Assembly: GCA_963921275.4 (NCBI GenBank)
Contig: OZ001293.3
Location: 3,616,001-3,680,000, forward strand
Source of the DNA: an uncultured Hormoscilla sp.
GTDB lineage: Bacteria > Cyanobacteriota > Cyanobacteriia > Cyanobacteriales > Desertifilaceae
DNA length: 64,000 nt
Direction of reading: 5' to 3'
Positions 1 to 10,658 of this stretch are shown one piece after another (position 1 is the first letter of the stretch; every line of letters begins with the position of its first letter). The notes beneath the pieces are model-generated. The model was not told the DNA's origin. It was given only the letters and a program-made list of their open reading frames with translations, and made no database searches. A program made the position numbers and the translations under genes.

Positions 1-372
1 TCAAAATATCAACCCACCTCTTCAGGGGTGGAAGGGCGCAATGGTTATTTATCTGGTCTCCATCATACCTCATGTGGCTTGAATGCTCAAACCGAGCGCC
101 GTGCTCACCGGAATCCATAATTTTGACATCAAGGGAGGGGATGGAACCACGGCAGCGAACCCGACTCTTTGGGCAATCTTTCCCTAACTTATTTGAGTGG
201 GTGGTAGACCATATGGGTAAACTACCCCGGCCACGACAGTCATATTTTACACCCTACTCCAATCCCTTACCCAGACTGACTGTCCCGGCTTAAGTTGGTA
301 GCCGTAGTAGTAGTTGGTAGTTAGTAGCCTTCGGACAGGCGGGACGCCCGTCCTACGCAATCGATAACTGAC

Positions 373-1653
373 ATGTTGCAAAAATCACCAATCAGAAATT
401 CCTGGATCTCCTTTCTAGAACCCTGTCAGCCGATAGACTGGTTACTGTTTCTGTTGCCAGTGGGTCTCACCGTGTTTGGAGGAATAATGATCCGCAGCAC
501 GGAATTAAATCAGGGACTGAAGGACTGGTGGCAACACTGGTTAGTGGGTGGGATTGGGTTAGCACTGGCGGTATTGCTCACCCGCTGGCGTTATCAAATC
601 CTGATGCAGTGGCAGTGGACGATCTACGCTCTCACAAATCTCTTTTTGCTGGCGGTGATCTTTATCGGCACCACCGGAGGGGGGGCACAGCGGTGGATTA
701 CTGTTGCTGGCTTCAATGTTCAACCCTCGGAATTTGCCAAGTTAGGGTTAATTATCACTCTGGCGGGTATCCTACAAGCTAAAACGGCTGATACCATTGG
801 TACGCTCTTCAAAGCCCTGGGGATCGCTGCTATTCCCTGGGCCTTGGTGTTTTTGCAACCAGACTTAGGCACATCACTGGTGTTTGGGGCGATCGCCCTG
901 GGAATGCTCTACTGGAGCAATACTAATCCCGGTTGGTTGGTGCTGCTGATTTCCCCGATCGTCTCAGTAGTGCTGTTCAACCTGTATCTCACAGGATGGT
1001 TTATCTGGGCCGCAATCATCATATTGATTGCCTTGTTCACCTTACCCTGGCCACAATGGGGAGCATTAGGTACCCTCTCTCTCAACGTGATGGCTGGCGA
1101 ATTCGGACAGCTTCTCTGGGAGAGCTTATTGAAAGACTATCAAAAAGACCGGCTAATACGGTTTCTGAACCCGGAACAAGACCCCTTGGGAGGTGGATAC
1201 CACCTGATGCAATCTCGGATCGCCATTGGTGCTGGTCAACTTTGGGGACAGGGACTCCACCAGGGAACTCAAACTCAGTTGAACTTTATTCCCGAACAGC
1301 ATACTGATTTTATCTTCTCCGCCGTTGGTGAAGAGTTTGGTTTTGTGGGCTGCATTGTCCTGCTATTCGTCTTCTGGTCGATCTGCCTGCGAATGGCTTT
1401 CGTCGCCCACAATGCTAAGGACAACTTTGGTTCCTTGCTAGCAATTGGTGTCTTGACGATGATAGTTTTTCAGGTGCTTGTTAACATTGGTATGACCATC
1501 GGTCTGGTCCCCGTTACTGGCATCCCACTGCCTTGGATGAGTTACGGTCGTTCGGCCTTACTGACAAACTTTATTGCCATTGGGCTAGTAGAATCGGTAG
1601 CCAACCACCGGCAGCGAACCAGTTTGTTTACAAGGAATAAAAGGAAACATTAG
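373..1653 (+). CDS. rodA: Rod shape-determining protein RodA (SEDS family)
   Basis: Polytopic membrane protein with SEDS motifs GAQRWI, QPSEFAK, QPDLGT, PEQHTDFIF and GIPLPWMSYG. Confidence 0.95.
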   Translation: MLQKSPIRNSWISFLEPCQPIDWLLFLLPVGLTVFGGIMIRSTELNQGLKDWWQHWLVGGIGLALAVLLTRWRYQILMQWQWTIYALTNLFLLAVIFIGTTGGGAQRWITVAGFNVQPSEFAKLGLIITLAGILQAKTADTIGTLFKALGIAAIPWALVFLQPDLGTSLVFGAIALGMLYWSNTNPGWLVLLISPIVSVVLFNLYLTGWFIWAAIIILIALFTLPWPQWGALGTLSLNVMAGEFGQLLWESLLKDYQKDRLIRFLNPEQDPLGGGYHLMQSRIAIGAGQLWGQGLHQGTQTQLNFIPEQHTDFIFSAVGEEFGFVGCIVLLFVFWSICLRMAFVAHNAKDNFGSLLAIGVLTMIVFQVLVNIGMTIGLVPVTGIPLPWMSYGRSALLTNFIAIGLVESVANHRQRTSLFTRNKRKH

Positions 1654-1702
1654 CGCTGATTCCTAGTAAAATATTGAATGTTAACCTAGTTGGTAAGGAA
1701 TT

Positions 1703-1897
1703 ATGATTCTGCCCGGATCGGAAGTGCGCGTGAAGAACACAGGCGATACTTACTATGGCTTTCAAGGACTTGTTCAACGAGTCAGTGATGGCAAGGCAGC
1801 TGTGCTGTTTGAAGGTGGCAACTGGGATAAGTTAGTTACTTTCCGCTTGTCAGAACTAGAAGTGGTGGAGGTCAAGGCAAAAGGTAAAGGTAAGTAG
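1703..1897 (+). CDS. ndhS: NAD(P)H dehydrogenase (NDH-1) subunit NdhS
   Basis: 64 aa with MILPG...[26 protein letters not shown], characteristic of cyanobacterial NdhS. Confidence 0.93.
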   Translation: MILPGSEVRVKNTGDTYYGFQGLVQRVSDGKAAVLFEGGNWDKLVTFRLSELEVVEVKAKGKGK

Positions 1898-1904
1898 GGA
1901 GAAT

Positions 1905-2020
1905 TAAAAATTGAAAATTGAAAATTGAGAATGGGAAATTGTTGATAATTTATTCATATTCATTCGTAATTGACAATTAACCATTCGCAATTAGCAATTT
2001 TCCATTCACAATTAGCAACT
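1905..2020. repeat. Short tandemly repeated heptamers (STRR-like), arranged as two opposed blocks
   Basis: AAAATTG/GAAAATT units followed by CAATTAG/CCATTCG-type units; a similar tract lies at ~58548-58640. Confidence 0.65.
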
Positions 2021-2039
2021 AACAACCAACAAGGTTCCT

Positions 2040-2708
2040 ATGCGTCTTCCACTGCCACAATTTGCTACAGGTTCTCCTCAAGAAAACCACATCGCTGAGG
2101 TGATTGAAACCTCTACAACTGAATTTATGGCTCAATGTCTGGAACCAGAAGACCTTAGCTTTCCTGTTATGCCACCTTTCGGCAGTCTCGTCCGCTCTGT
2201 GGATGAAGAGTCGGATAATCATATCTATGCTGTAGTTTACTATGCTACTACTAGCCCAATCGACTCTGTTCACCGAGCGAGAGCTTTGGGGTTGTCTCTC
2301 CAGGAATTGCGCGAGCAGCAACCCCAAATCTTTGCTATGCTGAAAACTGAGTTCAAAGCCGCGATCGTCGGATTTACTCCTCCGAACTCTGGGGTGAATG
2401 GTTCTATCCGACTGAACAGTCCAGTTTATCAACACCTGCCTCCCCGTCCGCCCCAAATTCATCAAGCTGTCTATCAATGTACGTCAGCAGAAGTGATTAA
2501 TTTCAGCGAACAGCTGGATTTCTTGAAGATATTAATCCAATTATCAGGTACACCAGTCGATGCCCTGGCAGCAGCAACTATCCGCGAGATTTATCAACTC
2601 CGCAAGGCCGATCGCGCTTGGTTAGTCCAAGCAGGGCGCATTCTCAGCCTGTTACTAAAAGATGATTACGATCGCCTCCGCTACATTTTGAGCCAAATTC
2701 ATCCCTAA
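2040..2708 (+). CDS. HAS-barrel domain-containing protein (conserved cyanobacterial)
   Basis: MRLPLPQF...EVIETSTTEF...PPFGS...PIDSVHRARALGL...YQHLPPRPPQIH. Confidence 0.75.
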   Translation: MRLPLPQFATGSPQENHIAEVIETSTTEFMAQCLEPEDLSFPVMPPFGSLVRSVDEESDNHIYAVVYYATTSPIDSVHRARALGLSLQELREQQPQIFAMLKTEFKAAIVGFTPPNSGVNGSIRLNSPVYQHLPPRPPQIHQAVYQCTSAEVINFSEQLDFLKILIQLSGTPVDALAAATIREIYQLRKADRAWLVQAGRILSLLLKDDYDRLRYILSQIHP

Positions 2709-2749
2709 AATTGAGAATTGAGCAATTGTTAATTGAGGTTACCTATTAG

Positions 2750-3026
2750 ACCATTTATTGAAAGATATGATAGTTGACGGTAGCACGGATTCGCTCGGAG
2801 GCGGGAGCCTCAGAAGACCGTTCCCAGGTTCTACCTGGGAACGAGAGGGCGGTGTGTCCTATGCATGTGCGAGTACGATGTCTCCTGGGTAGTGCGACGC
2901 CGGAGCGCGCTGCATGTCTTATGCCTGTGCGAGTAGCGCTCCCAGGACATGCAGCACCAGGAGGCATCGAGTGACCAGGACACACCGATAGGTTTTTTCT
3001 CTATCACAAGTTTAACAATTGGTATT
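2750..3026. mobile_element. MITE-like element, copy 1, carrying a nested palindromic insert
   Basis: Near-identical to 22711-22885 (ATATGATAG..TTGACGGTAGCACGGATT..GTTCCCAGGTTCTACCTGGGAAC..GATAGGTTTTTTCTCTATCACAA); imperfect inverted ends; extra ~100 bp at ~2871-2985. Confidence 0.7.
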
Positions 3027-3950
3027 AGCAGTCAAACAACTTGTAATTGTTGCCACCACGGACTTAGACAAACTCTCGAAGTCATAGCCTCCTTCGAGTC
3101 CGAACAGGATGCGACGAGTCAGGCGGAGGCAATAATCTGTAAATACTCCATAATCTTGTGGCTGTAAACAAATTCCGGCCAAGGGGTCATCATAATTGGC
3201 GTCATAACCGGCACTGACAATTAAGATATCTGGCCCAAAATCAGTCAAGAACGGCATCACTTTCTGTTCAAACATGGGCTGATATTCAGTGATCGTGCTA
3301 CCCCGCGCCATCGGAATATTGAGCACATTGTTGTGTAAACCACGCTCCCTGGCCGCACCAGTATCGGGATAAAAAGGAAATTGATGCAGCGAACAATAAG
3401 CAATTTGGGGGTTGCTTTCCACGATCGCCTGGGTGCCGTTACCGTGATGCACGTCCCAGTCGAGAATGGCAACGCGGTTGACTCCCGGTTGCTCTAGGGC
3501 GTAGTGAGCGGCGATCGCAGCATTGGAAAAGAGACAAAACCCCATGCCCCGATCCGATAAAGCGTGATGTCCCGGTGGACGGGCTAGCACAAAGGCTGGG
3601 TTACCAGTAGCCAGGAGGCGATCGACCCCATCTCGCCAGGCACTTACTGCCAGCAAGGCCACCTCATAACTGCGGGGAGAAACTGGCGTATCGCTGTCTA
3701 TTTGTCCGCCTCCTCGGTTGGCTAAATCTCTGACAAAATTGATATATGCCTCTGGATGAACCTGTTGCATCAGGGATAACACCGAACGTTCCTCTGGAGT
3801 TGTCGGCAGTTGCCACTCAATTCGATCGGCCCAAGGTGCCGCTTTTAAGCGGTTGATAATTACTGTCAGGCGTTCTGGCTTCTCGGGGTGTAGCCAACCA
3901 TTGTCGTGCAGTAGAAATTCATCTGAGTAGATAACAGGAAGCATAGTCAT
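3012..3950 (-). CDS. Histone deacetylase family (AcuC/AphA-like) Zn-dependent deacetylase
   Basis: HPEKPERL, RPPGHHA, GMGFCLF, DWDVHHGNGTQ, SAGYDA, LEGGY motifs. Confidence 0.93.
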   Translation of the reverse strand: MTMLPVIYSDEFLLHDNGWLHPEKPERLTVIINRLKAAPWADRIEWQLPTTPEERSVLSLMQQVHPEAYINFVRDLANRGGGQIDSDTPVSPRSYEVALLAVSAWRDGVDRLLATGNPAFVLARPPGHHALSDRGMGFCLFSNAAIAAHYALEQPGVNRVAILDWDVHHGNGTQAIVESNPQIAYCSLHQFPFYPDTGAARERGLHNNVLNIPMARGSTITEYQPMFEQKVMPFLTDFGPDILIVSAGYDANYDDPLAGICLQPQDYGVFTDYCLRLTRRILFGLEGGYDFESLSKSVVATITSCLTANTNC

Positions 3951-4195
3951 TGTTCTTAACAGTTGGGTTACAGACCAAAATTGAGCAAAAGTATGTTATT
4001 ATATTAGAAATAACCAAGGCGATATGAAAAGGAACTCATGTCCAAACAAGTCGGGTGAAAAAACTGTAATTGCTAGCCACTGATAACTGGTTGGGCGTGG
4101 TACGCGAGCACTGATCTTTAGGTAGACCTAAAGTTTACTGTGGAAAGATCGGACGCTCGACTTGGGAATTATTGATAGATGGAGTTTTTTGCTGT

Positions 4196-6826
4196 ATGAG
4201 CATGGAGCAGGAGCGGATTTTCCCGACAGATTTACGCAACGAGATGTCCCGGTCTTATCTAGAATACGCCATGAGCGTCATTGTTGGGAGGGCGCTCCCA
4301 GACGCTCGAGATGGATTGAAACCGGTACATAGGCGCATTCTCTACGCGATGCATGAGTTGGGACTCAGCCCAGACCGCCCTTTTAGAAAATGCGCTCGTG
4401 TGGTGGGGGAAGTTTTGGGTAAATACCATCCTCACGGCGATACGGCGGTTTATGATGCTTTGGTGCGCATGGCCCAGGATTTCTCCATGCGATCGCCCCT
4501 GATCGAGGGTCACGGGAACTTTGGTTCGGTTGACAATGACCCGCCAGCGGCAATGCGCTACACGGAATGCCGGTTGCAAGCCCTGACGGCGGATGCCATG
4601 CTCCGGGATATTGAGTCGGAAACGGTGGATTTTATCGATAATTTTGATGGCTCCCAGCAAGAACCGATCGTATTACCGGTGCGCATTCCCCAGCTGCTGC
4701 TGAATGGTTCCGCTGGGATCGCTGTGGGGATGGCAACTAATATCCCTCCTCATAATTTGGGAGAGTTGGTGGATGGCCTGGTGGCTTTGATCCATAATCC
4801 CGATATTACCGACACCCAACTGATGCGCTATATTCCCGGTCCGGATTTTCCTACTGGCGGGAGCATTCTGGGAATTGGCGGCATCAAAGATGCCTACACT
4901 GGCGGACGGGGGTCGATCGCCATGCGGGGTGTGGCCACAATTGAAACGATCGAACAGCGGGGACGCCCCGATCGGGAGGCGATTATTATCACGGAACTGC
5001 CTTATCAAATCAATAAAGCGGCCCTGATTGAGAAGATTGCCGAAATGGTCAATGATAAGCGCTTAGAGGGAATCTCTGATATCCGGGATGAAAGCGATCG
5101 GGACGGCATGCGGATCGTGGTGGAACTCAGGCGTGATGCTTATCCCCGAGTTGTCCTGAATAATCTCTACAAACAAACGCCCCTACAAACTAATTTTGGG
5201 GCAAATATGCTGGCGTTGGTGAATTCCCACCCGGAACTGCTATCCCTGAAGCAATTTCTGAATGTGTTTCTGGAATTCAGGGTGGAAGCGATTAGCAGAA
5301 GGACGCAATTTCAACTGCGGAAAGCTCGAGAACGGGATCATCTGTTGCAGGGTTTACTGATTGCCCTGGCGAACTTAGATGCAGTCATCCAGCTAATTAG
5401 AACCGCCGCAGATACGGGGACAGCGCGTCAGCAATTGATAGATACTTACGAACTTTCGGAAGCGCAAGCGGATGGCATTCTCCAGATGCAACTGCGACGC
5501 CTGACAGCTTTGGAAGCGGACAAGATCGACCAAGAACATAAAGAGTTACAAGCTATAATTGCTGACTTGGAGGATATTTTAACGCGGCGAGAACGAATTC
5601 TGGAAATTATCGAAACGGAAATAACTGAACTGAAACAGAAGTTCGCTACCCCCCGACGGACGCAAATTGACAGTGCCGATGGGGAACTGGTGGATATTGA
5701 CTTGATTGCTAACGAACAGGCTTTAATTCTGCTGACTGAGCAGGGTTATATCAAGCGCATGCCAGTGAATACCTTTGAGGCCCAAAATCGTGCGACTCGT
5801 GGCAAATCTGGCACGCGGATGAAGGAGGATGATGGGGTAGAACATTTCCTGACTTGCTGCGACCATGATAGCGTTTTGTTCTTTAGTCAAAGGGGCGTGG
5901 TTTACAGCCTGAACGCTTACCAAATTCCGGCGGCTTCTCGCACGGCCCGGGGGATGCCCATTGTGCAAATGCTGCCGATCCCGATGGATGAGAAAATAAC
6001 TTCTCTGGTGGCAGTGAGCGAGTTTCGGGATGATGAATATCTGGTGATGCTGACGAAAGGGGGCTACATTAAAAAGACGGCCCTGGCAGCTTTTAGCAAT
6101 ATTCGCGCTAATGGATTGATTGCTATTTCTCTGCAAGAGGGAGATGAGTTGCGCTGGGTAAGACCGGCGACGGAAGAAGATAGCGTGATTATTGGGTCTT
6201 CTCAGGCAAAGGCTATTCACTTTAGAACAAATGCAGTGCAATTGCGGGCTAGTGGTCGCACCTCCAGAGGGGTGAGGTCCATGAAATTGGTGGATGGAGA
6301 TGAGTTGATCGGCATGGATATATTGCCAAGGAACATTGTGGCTAGTTTAGAGAATGATGCCACGGAGTCGGACTCGGAGGCGGAAGACAATCTTGCGGAA
6401 AATTTGGACACAGAGGCGGACGACATAGATTCGGAAAAAGCGGAAACAGAAGCAGAAGAACTTGCTGTGGATAACTCGACTGGACCTTGGGTGCTGATTG
6501 TCACTAATAATGGCTATGGTAAACGTACTCCTGTTTCTCAGTTCCGCTTGCAAAGGCGGGCCGGAAAGGGCTTGATCGCTGCTAAGTTTAAATCCCGCAA
6601 GTCTAAGGATGAACTGGCAGCCCTGCGAATTGTCAATGAAGATGATGAACTGATGATGATCACCAGTCGCGGGATTATTATCCGTCAGGCGGTGAATGCT
6701 ATTTCTATTCAATCTCGTGGTGCAACTGGCGTCCGGGTGCAGCGCTTGGATGAAGATGATGCGATCGCAGCTGTGGCCCTGGTTCCCCCATTACCTGAAG
6801 AAGCAGGCGATCTGGAAGAAGATTAA
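4196..6826 (+). CDS. gyrA: DNA gyrase subunit A
   Basis: [29 protein letters not shown] catalytic Tyr, GyrA-box-like QNRATRG, C-terminal pinwheel repeats; start taken at ATG 4196. Confidence 0.96.
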   Translation: MSMEQERIFPTDLRNEMSRSYLEYAMSVIVGRALPDARDGLKPVHRRILYAMHELGLSPDRPFRKCARVVGEVLGKYHPHGDTAVYDALVRMAQDFSMRSPLIEGHGNFGSVDNDPPAAMRYTECRLQALTADAMLRDIESETVDFIDNFDGSQQEPIVLPVRIPQLLLNGSAGIAVGMATNIPPHNLGELVDGLVALIHNPDITDTQLMRYIPGPDFPTGGSILGIGGIKDAYTGGRGSIAMRGVATIETIEQRGRPDREAIIITELPYQINKAALIEKIAEMVNDKRLEGISDIRDESDRDGMRIVVELRRDAYPRVVLNNLYKQTPLQTNFGANMLALVNSHPELLSLKQFLNVFLEFRVEAISRRTQFQLRKARERDHLLQGLLIALANLDAVIQLIRTAADTGTARQQLIDTYELSEAQADGILQMQLRRLTALEADKIDQEHKELQAIIADLEDILTRRERILEIIETEITELKQKFATPRRTQIDSADGELVDIDLIANEQALILLTEQGYIKRMPVNTFEAQNRATRGKSGTRMKEDDGVEHFLTCCDHDSVLFFSQRGVVYSLNAYQIPAASRTARGMPIVQMLPIPMDEKITSLVAVSEFRDDEYLVMLTKGGYIKKTALAAFSNIRANGLIAISLQEGDELRWVRPATEEDSVIIGSSQAKAIHFRTNAVQLRASGRTSRGVRSMKLVDGDELIGMDILPRNIVASLENDATESDSEAEDNLAENLDTEADDIDSEKAETEAEELAVDNSTGPWVLIVTNNGYGKRTPVSQFRLQRRAGKGLIAAKFKSRKSKDELAALRIVNEDDELMMITSRGIIIRQAVNAISIQSRGATGVRVQRLDEDDAIAAVALVPPLPEEAGDLEED

Positions 6827-6873
6827 GTTTGAAGAAATGGGTCATCTGCTGAAAACATTCTCACCCAGCCTGC

Positions 6874-6949
6874 GGTGTCTCCTGGGAGCGCTACATACGC
6901 TGCGCTCACACGGCTACGCCTGCGCGATCGCACATGCATAGGAGACACC
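6874..6949. repeat. 76-bp palindromic dispersed repeat (GGTGTCTCC...GGAGACACC) inserted in the 5' end of lnt
   Basis: Inverted ends; the same ends recur at ~48436-48476 and ~62795-62880; removing it joins ATG 6837 in frame to lnt. Confidence 0.75.
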
Positions 6950-8610
6950 GGACGATAATTGTTCGGCTGGGCATTGCCTTAACTGGCGGGATCTTAATGG
7001 GACTAACCACCGCTCCCGTTAATGCTTGGTTTCTGGCCTGGGTGGCTTTGGTTCCCCTCTGGATCCTGATTATTCATCCATCCCCGCACCTGCACGGGCC
7101 CGATGATAACATTGGCATGGGATCCTGGAAACTTTCCCTTTTCTTTGGCTTGGCTTGGGGAATTGGCTATCACGGTATTGCTTTATTCTGGATTACCGGT
7201 ATCCATCCCATGACTTGGTTGGGGGTTCCCTGGTTGGCAAGTCTGGCGATCGCCCTTTTCTGCTGGATTTTTATCACTCTCTGGGGTGCTAGTTTAGTTG
7301 TAGCTTGGTCCCTTGGCATGAAAATGGCGATATCATCTGGGGGGATGTCCCAACCCCTTTTCCCCATCGCCTTATTGCGGGTTCTGATGGGAGTTGCTTT
7401 CTGGTGCCTTCTGGAGGGCTTATGGAGTACCGGTTCCTTGTGGTGGACTTCCCTTTCCTTTACCCAAAGTCCTGATAATCTCGCTATTTTGCAGTTGGGA
7501 AAAATTTCTGGTCCTAATACAATAACAGCCGCGATCGTAGCTGTGAATGGATTAATTGCTGAAGCTTGTTTACACCCTAGTCTCACTCACACCCGGAGCC
7601 CCACCCTAAAGGGTGGGGCTACAGGAACGAAGCCCGCCTGCGCGGGCTTTAATGCATCTAGCTATTGGACATATTTAAGTTTAGCAGCGGGGTTGCTGCT
7701 GACTCTGCATCTGGTAGGTTTTGTCATGTATAATCGTCCCCTTCACGATCGGTCAGCAGCAGCATTAAAAGTGGGAATTATTCAAGGGAATATTCCTAAT
7801 GAAATTAAGCTTTATACCGCTGGAGGACGGCGGGCATTGTCTGGTTATACTAGAGCCTATAAGGCATTAGCAGCCCAAGGTGTGGATGCCGTGCTGATTC
7901 CGGAAACTGCTTTGCCTTTTGTTTGGACAGCACAAAACAATAGTCCTTTCAATCAAGCAATTAGAGAAACAGGGGCGATAGCTTGGGTAGGGGCTTTCGG
8001 CCAGCATGAGAATAGCATTACTAATAGCTTATTTACCGTTACTGGCACGGGTGATATTTTCAGCCGCTACGATAAAATAAAACTGGTGCCTTTGGGAGAG
8101 TTTATTCCTTTTGAACAATTTCTGGGCAAGTTAATCGATCGACTTTCGCCTCTGGATGCTCATCTAGTTGCAGGAAAGGCAGAACAACTGTTTGATACTC
8201 CCTTTGGTCGCGCGATCGCGGCCATCTGCTATGACTCAGCTTTTGCCGAAGTTTTCCGCCTGCAAGCGGCAGATGGAGGGCAGTTTATCCTCACCGCTGC
8301 TAATAATGCTCACTATAGCCCAACCATGCCATCGCAACATCATGCTCAAGATGTGATGAGGGCCATTGAAACCGATAGATGGGCAGTCAGGGCTACAAAT
8401 ACAGGCTATTCTGCTATTGTAGACCCCTACGGCAGAACTGTATGGATTTCTGGGATTAATACCTATGAGATTCATGCTGCTACAATTTACCGCAGACAGA
8501 CTCAGACTTTGTATGTTCGCTGGGGTGATTGGTTGACGTCAGTTTTGGTGGGTTTGGCGGCCCTGGGGTGCTATGCTTTCTGGCAAAGGTCACAGCAGCT
8601 TGACTCATAA
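6934..8610 (+). CDS. lnt: Apolipoprotein N-acyltransferase
   Basis: N-terminal TM helices, IQGNIP, PETALP, YDKIKLVPLGEFIP, ICYDSAF, RAIETDRWAVRATNTGYS. Confidence 0.93.
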   Translation: MHRRHRTIIVRLGIALTGGILMGLTTAPVNAWFLAWVALVPLWILIIHPSPHLHGPDDNIGMGSWKLSLFFGLAWGIGYHGIALFWITGIHPMTWLGVPWLASLAIALFCWIFITLWGASLVVAWSLGMKMAISSGGMSQPLFPIALLRVLMGVAFWCLLEGLWSTGSLWWTSLSFTQSPDNLAILQLGKISGPNTITAAIVAVNGLIAEACLHPSLTHTRSPTLKGGATGTKPACAGFNASSYWTYLSLAAGLLLTLHLVGFVMYNRPLHDRSAAALKVGIIQGNIPNEIKLYTAGGRRALSGYTRAYKALAAQGVDAVLIPETALPFVWTAQNNSPFNQAIRETGAIAWVGAFGQHENSITNSLFTVTGTGDIFSRYDKIKLVPLGEFIPFEQFLGKLIDRLSPLDAHLVAGKAEQLFDTPFGRAIAAICYDSAFAEVFRLQAADGGQFILTAANNAHYSPTMPSQHHAQDVMRAIETDRWAVRATNTGYSAIVDPYGRTVWISGINTYEIHAATIYRRQTQTLYVRWGDWLTSVLVGLAALGCYAFWQRSQQLDS

Positions 8611-8653
8611 GGGCAATCCAGTATAATAAATAGAGTGATAATACTTCGATGAG

Positions 8654-8998
8654 GTGAAAGCCATGGATGATTTGGATAAACGCAAGGTTTTATCAGCTCT
8701 ATGTCATGGAGCGATATTTTTTAGCTCGACGATCATCTCTGTCGGGATCCCGATCACGATCTTGTTTGTCACTGAGGACTCAATAATCAAAGCAAATGCG
8801 AAGGAATCGCTTAATTTCCACATCAACCTTTATATTTATGCGATCATATTTGCATTGCTGATTGCTGTGCTAATTGGCATCCCACTGCTAATTATATTGT
8901 GTTTGATCAGTTGGATAATGCCCATTATTGCCATTGTCAAGGTGCTCGCAGATCCTGACAAGCCTTACCGCTATCCCTTTATTTTTCGCTTGCTGTAG
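8654..8998 (+). CDS. DUF4870 family membrane protein
   Basis: LSALCHG...ANAKESLNFH...PYRYPFIFRLL. Confidence 0.85.
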   Translation: MKAMDDLDKRKVLSALCHGAIFFSSTIISVGIPITILFVTEDSIIKANAKESLNFHINLYIYAIIFALLIAVLIGIPLLIILCLISWIMPIIAIVKVLADPDKPYRYPFIFRLL

Positions 8999-9185
8999 CC
9001 GACCGGCCCGTCATGCTCTAAAATTACAACCCATTGCATTGCTTACCTTCTGCTGAAGAACTCCCTGACTCGGACGATACAGTTTTAGTTTTTGGGGGCG
9101 ATCGCTCCAGATTTCACGCTCGTTCGGGCGATCAGACATTCCTTCACAGATGCGATGGGTGTATCTGTCATTTGCAAATCTATCT

Positions 9186-9362
9186 GTAGGGGCAGTGCGT
9201 AGCGCACTGCGTAAAAGCGCAGCGGCTGCGTAGCAGCTAGCATTCGGGCGACAAGTTATGACACAAAAAGAAAAATATTCGGTCCGAATGCTAGCGCTGA
9301 CGCGCAGCGGAGCTAAACGCCCGCCGCGTCGTGAGATGCACCCGATGCGATCGCCCCTGTAC
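9186..9362. repeat. Composite REP-like palindrome with nested small repeats
   Basis: GTAGGGGC...GCATTCGGGC / GTCCGAATGC...CGCCCCTGTAC inverted arms, interrupted by GCGCAGCG-type inserts. Confidence 0.6.
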
Positions 9363-9407
9363 CCGACGCCGCAACACCAGTTTTTGTTTAAATCCCGTTA
9401 AGTTGAT

Positions 9408-10367
9408 TTGGAGGTTAAACGACCACAAATGTTTATGAGTAAACGATTTAAAGGGCTAGGCTCTGGACTACTGATAGGGGCAGGTGTACTGCTAAGTCTT
9501 TTCCTGAACTTTTTGCCGACAGGATCCCAGGGTCTGGAGGTGCCGTCAGAGCCATTTCCCAGTGAAGTGAATGAGTCGCCCCCACCCGAAGTCGGTTGGG
9601 AATTTTTGGGTCGGCAGAGTCTCAACACTGCCATCATTTCAGAAACTGAATATTACGGCGAATGTCCGGGGCGCACACATAATCATATCGAAGCCCGCTT
9701 CACCTCCAGGGAGACTCCTCCAGCAGGCCAGCGGCGGGTCGTCGTGCGGAATGTAACCCCTGGTCTTGACGATGACCCCTCACCTTATACGGATCGAGAA
9801 TATTATGAGGGTCGGGCTTCGGAAGCCACCAAGATGCGCTTTGGCATGAAGCACAGTAAGAGATACTTCCATGTGTTGCCCGGAGAAAATCAGTTTGAAT
9901 ACGAAATTAAGGAGCATCGGCGGGGGCCAGTGATTGATTCGGGCAAATTCTCAGCAACCATTGCCCGCAATCTGCAACGGGTGCAGCGGGATGCTACGTT
10001 TGAGAAAGATAAGGTTTGTGCGAATTCCAGTGTGAGCTTGGATGTCTGCGCAGATGTCCGCAATCGCCATAAATGGTCTTGTCCTAATGGCAATATTATT
10101 AAGAGTGAAATATGCCCCAACGATCGCCGCATCATCACCGAAATCCACAACCACACCGATCGCACAATCAAGGTCTTTATCGACGGTCGAATGCGTCGCA
10201 TTGATAAAGGGGATTATGTAGATTTTGACGATCGGCATCCGTCGGTACGGTTTGAGTCTGGGGGACAGCGGAAATGGCATTCTCTTACTGCTGGCACAAG
10301 GTATCGGTTCTATAAGCGGGATGGCAAGATCGAGTTCGAAAAATATCGACGGCATTCGGGATGGTAA
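9408..10367 (+). CDS. Hypothetical protein, probably exported (N-terminal hydrophobic segment, several Cys); start may be ATG 9429 or 9435
   Basis: Long ORF with signal/TM-like LLIGAGVLLSLFLNFL; no family recognised. Confidence 0.65.
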   Translation: MEVKRPQMFMSKRFKGLGSGLLIGAGVLLSLFLNFLPTGSQGLEVPSEPFPSEVNESPPPEVGWEFLGRQSLNTAIISETEYYGECPGRTHNHIEARFTSRETPPAGQRRVVVRNVTPGLDDDPSPYTDREYYEGRASEATKMRFGMKHSKRYFHVLPGENQFEYEIKEHRRGPVIDSGKFSATIARNLQRVQRDATFEKDKVCANSSVSLDVCADVRNRHKWSCPNGNIIKSEICPNDRRIITEIHNHTDRTIKVFIDGRMRRIDKGDYVDFDDRHPSVRFESGGQRKWHSLTAGTRYRFYKRDGKIEFEKYRRHSGW

Positions 10368-10658
10368 AACCATGATGAAGGATGAATGAGGCTAAAGGTA
10401 AGGTTTCATCATCAGGCGGGTGTGGTCATGCATTAGTTGCATTAGCAGAGCAATTTTATCCTCTCGGGGTAATTGCACGGATCCCCTGAGCGGTGGGGCT
10501 GGAGGGATCGGTATTTTTATCAACGGGTTTTGACCACACTCTCATCTTTAGTCTGGGGGCGGCGGCGGAAGATGGACGATCGGGAAATTGGCTCAAACCA
10601 AAGGACAGATGCGTCTCAAAACCATACTAGAATGTAGAAGTACAACATATAGAAGATC

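Noticed and set aside
1..293. 73-aa ORF, or a divergent gene start upstream of rodA
   Set aside because: No recognisable similarity; too little context at the window edge
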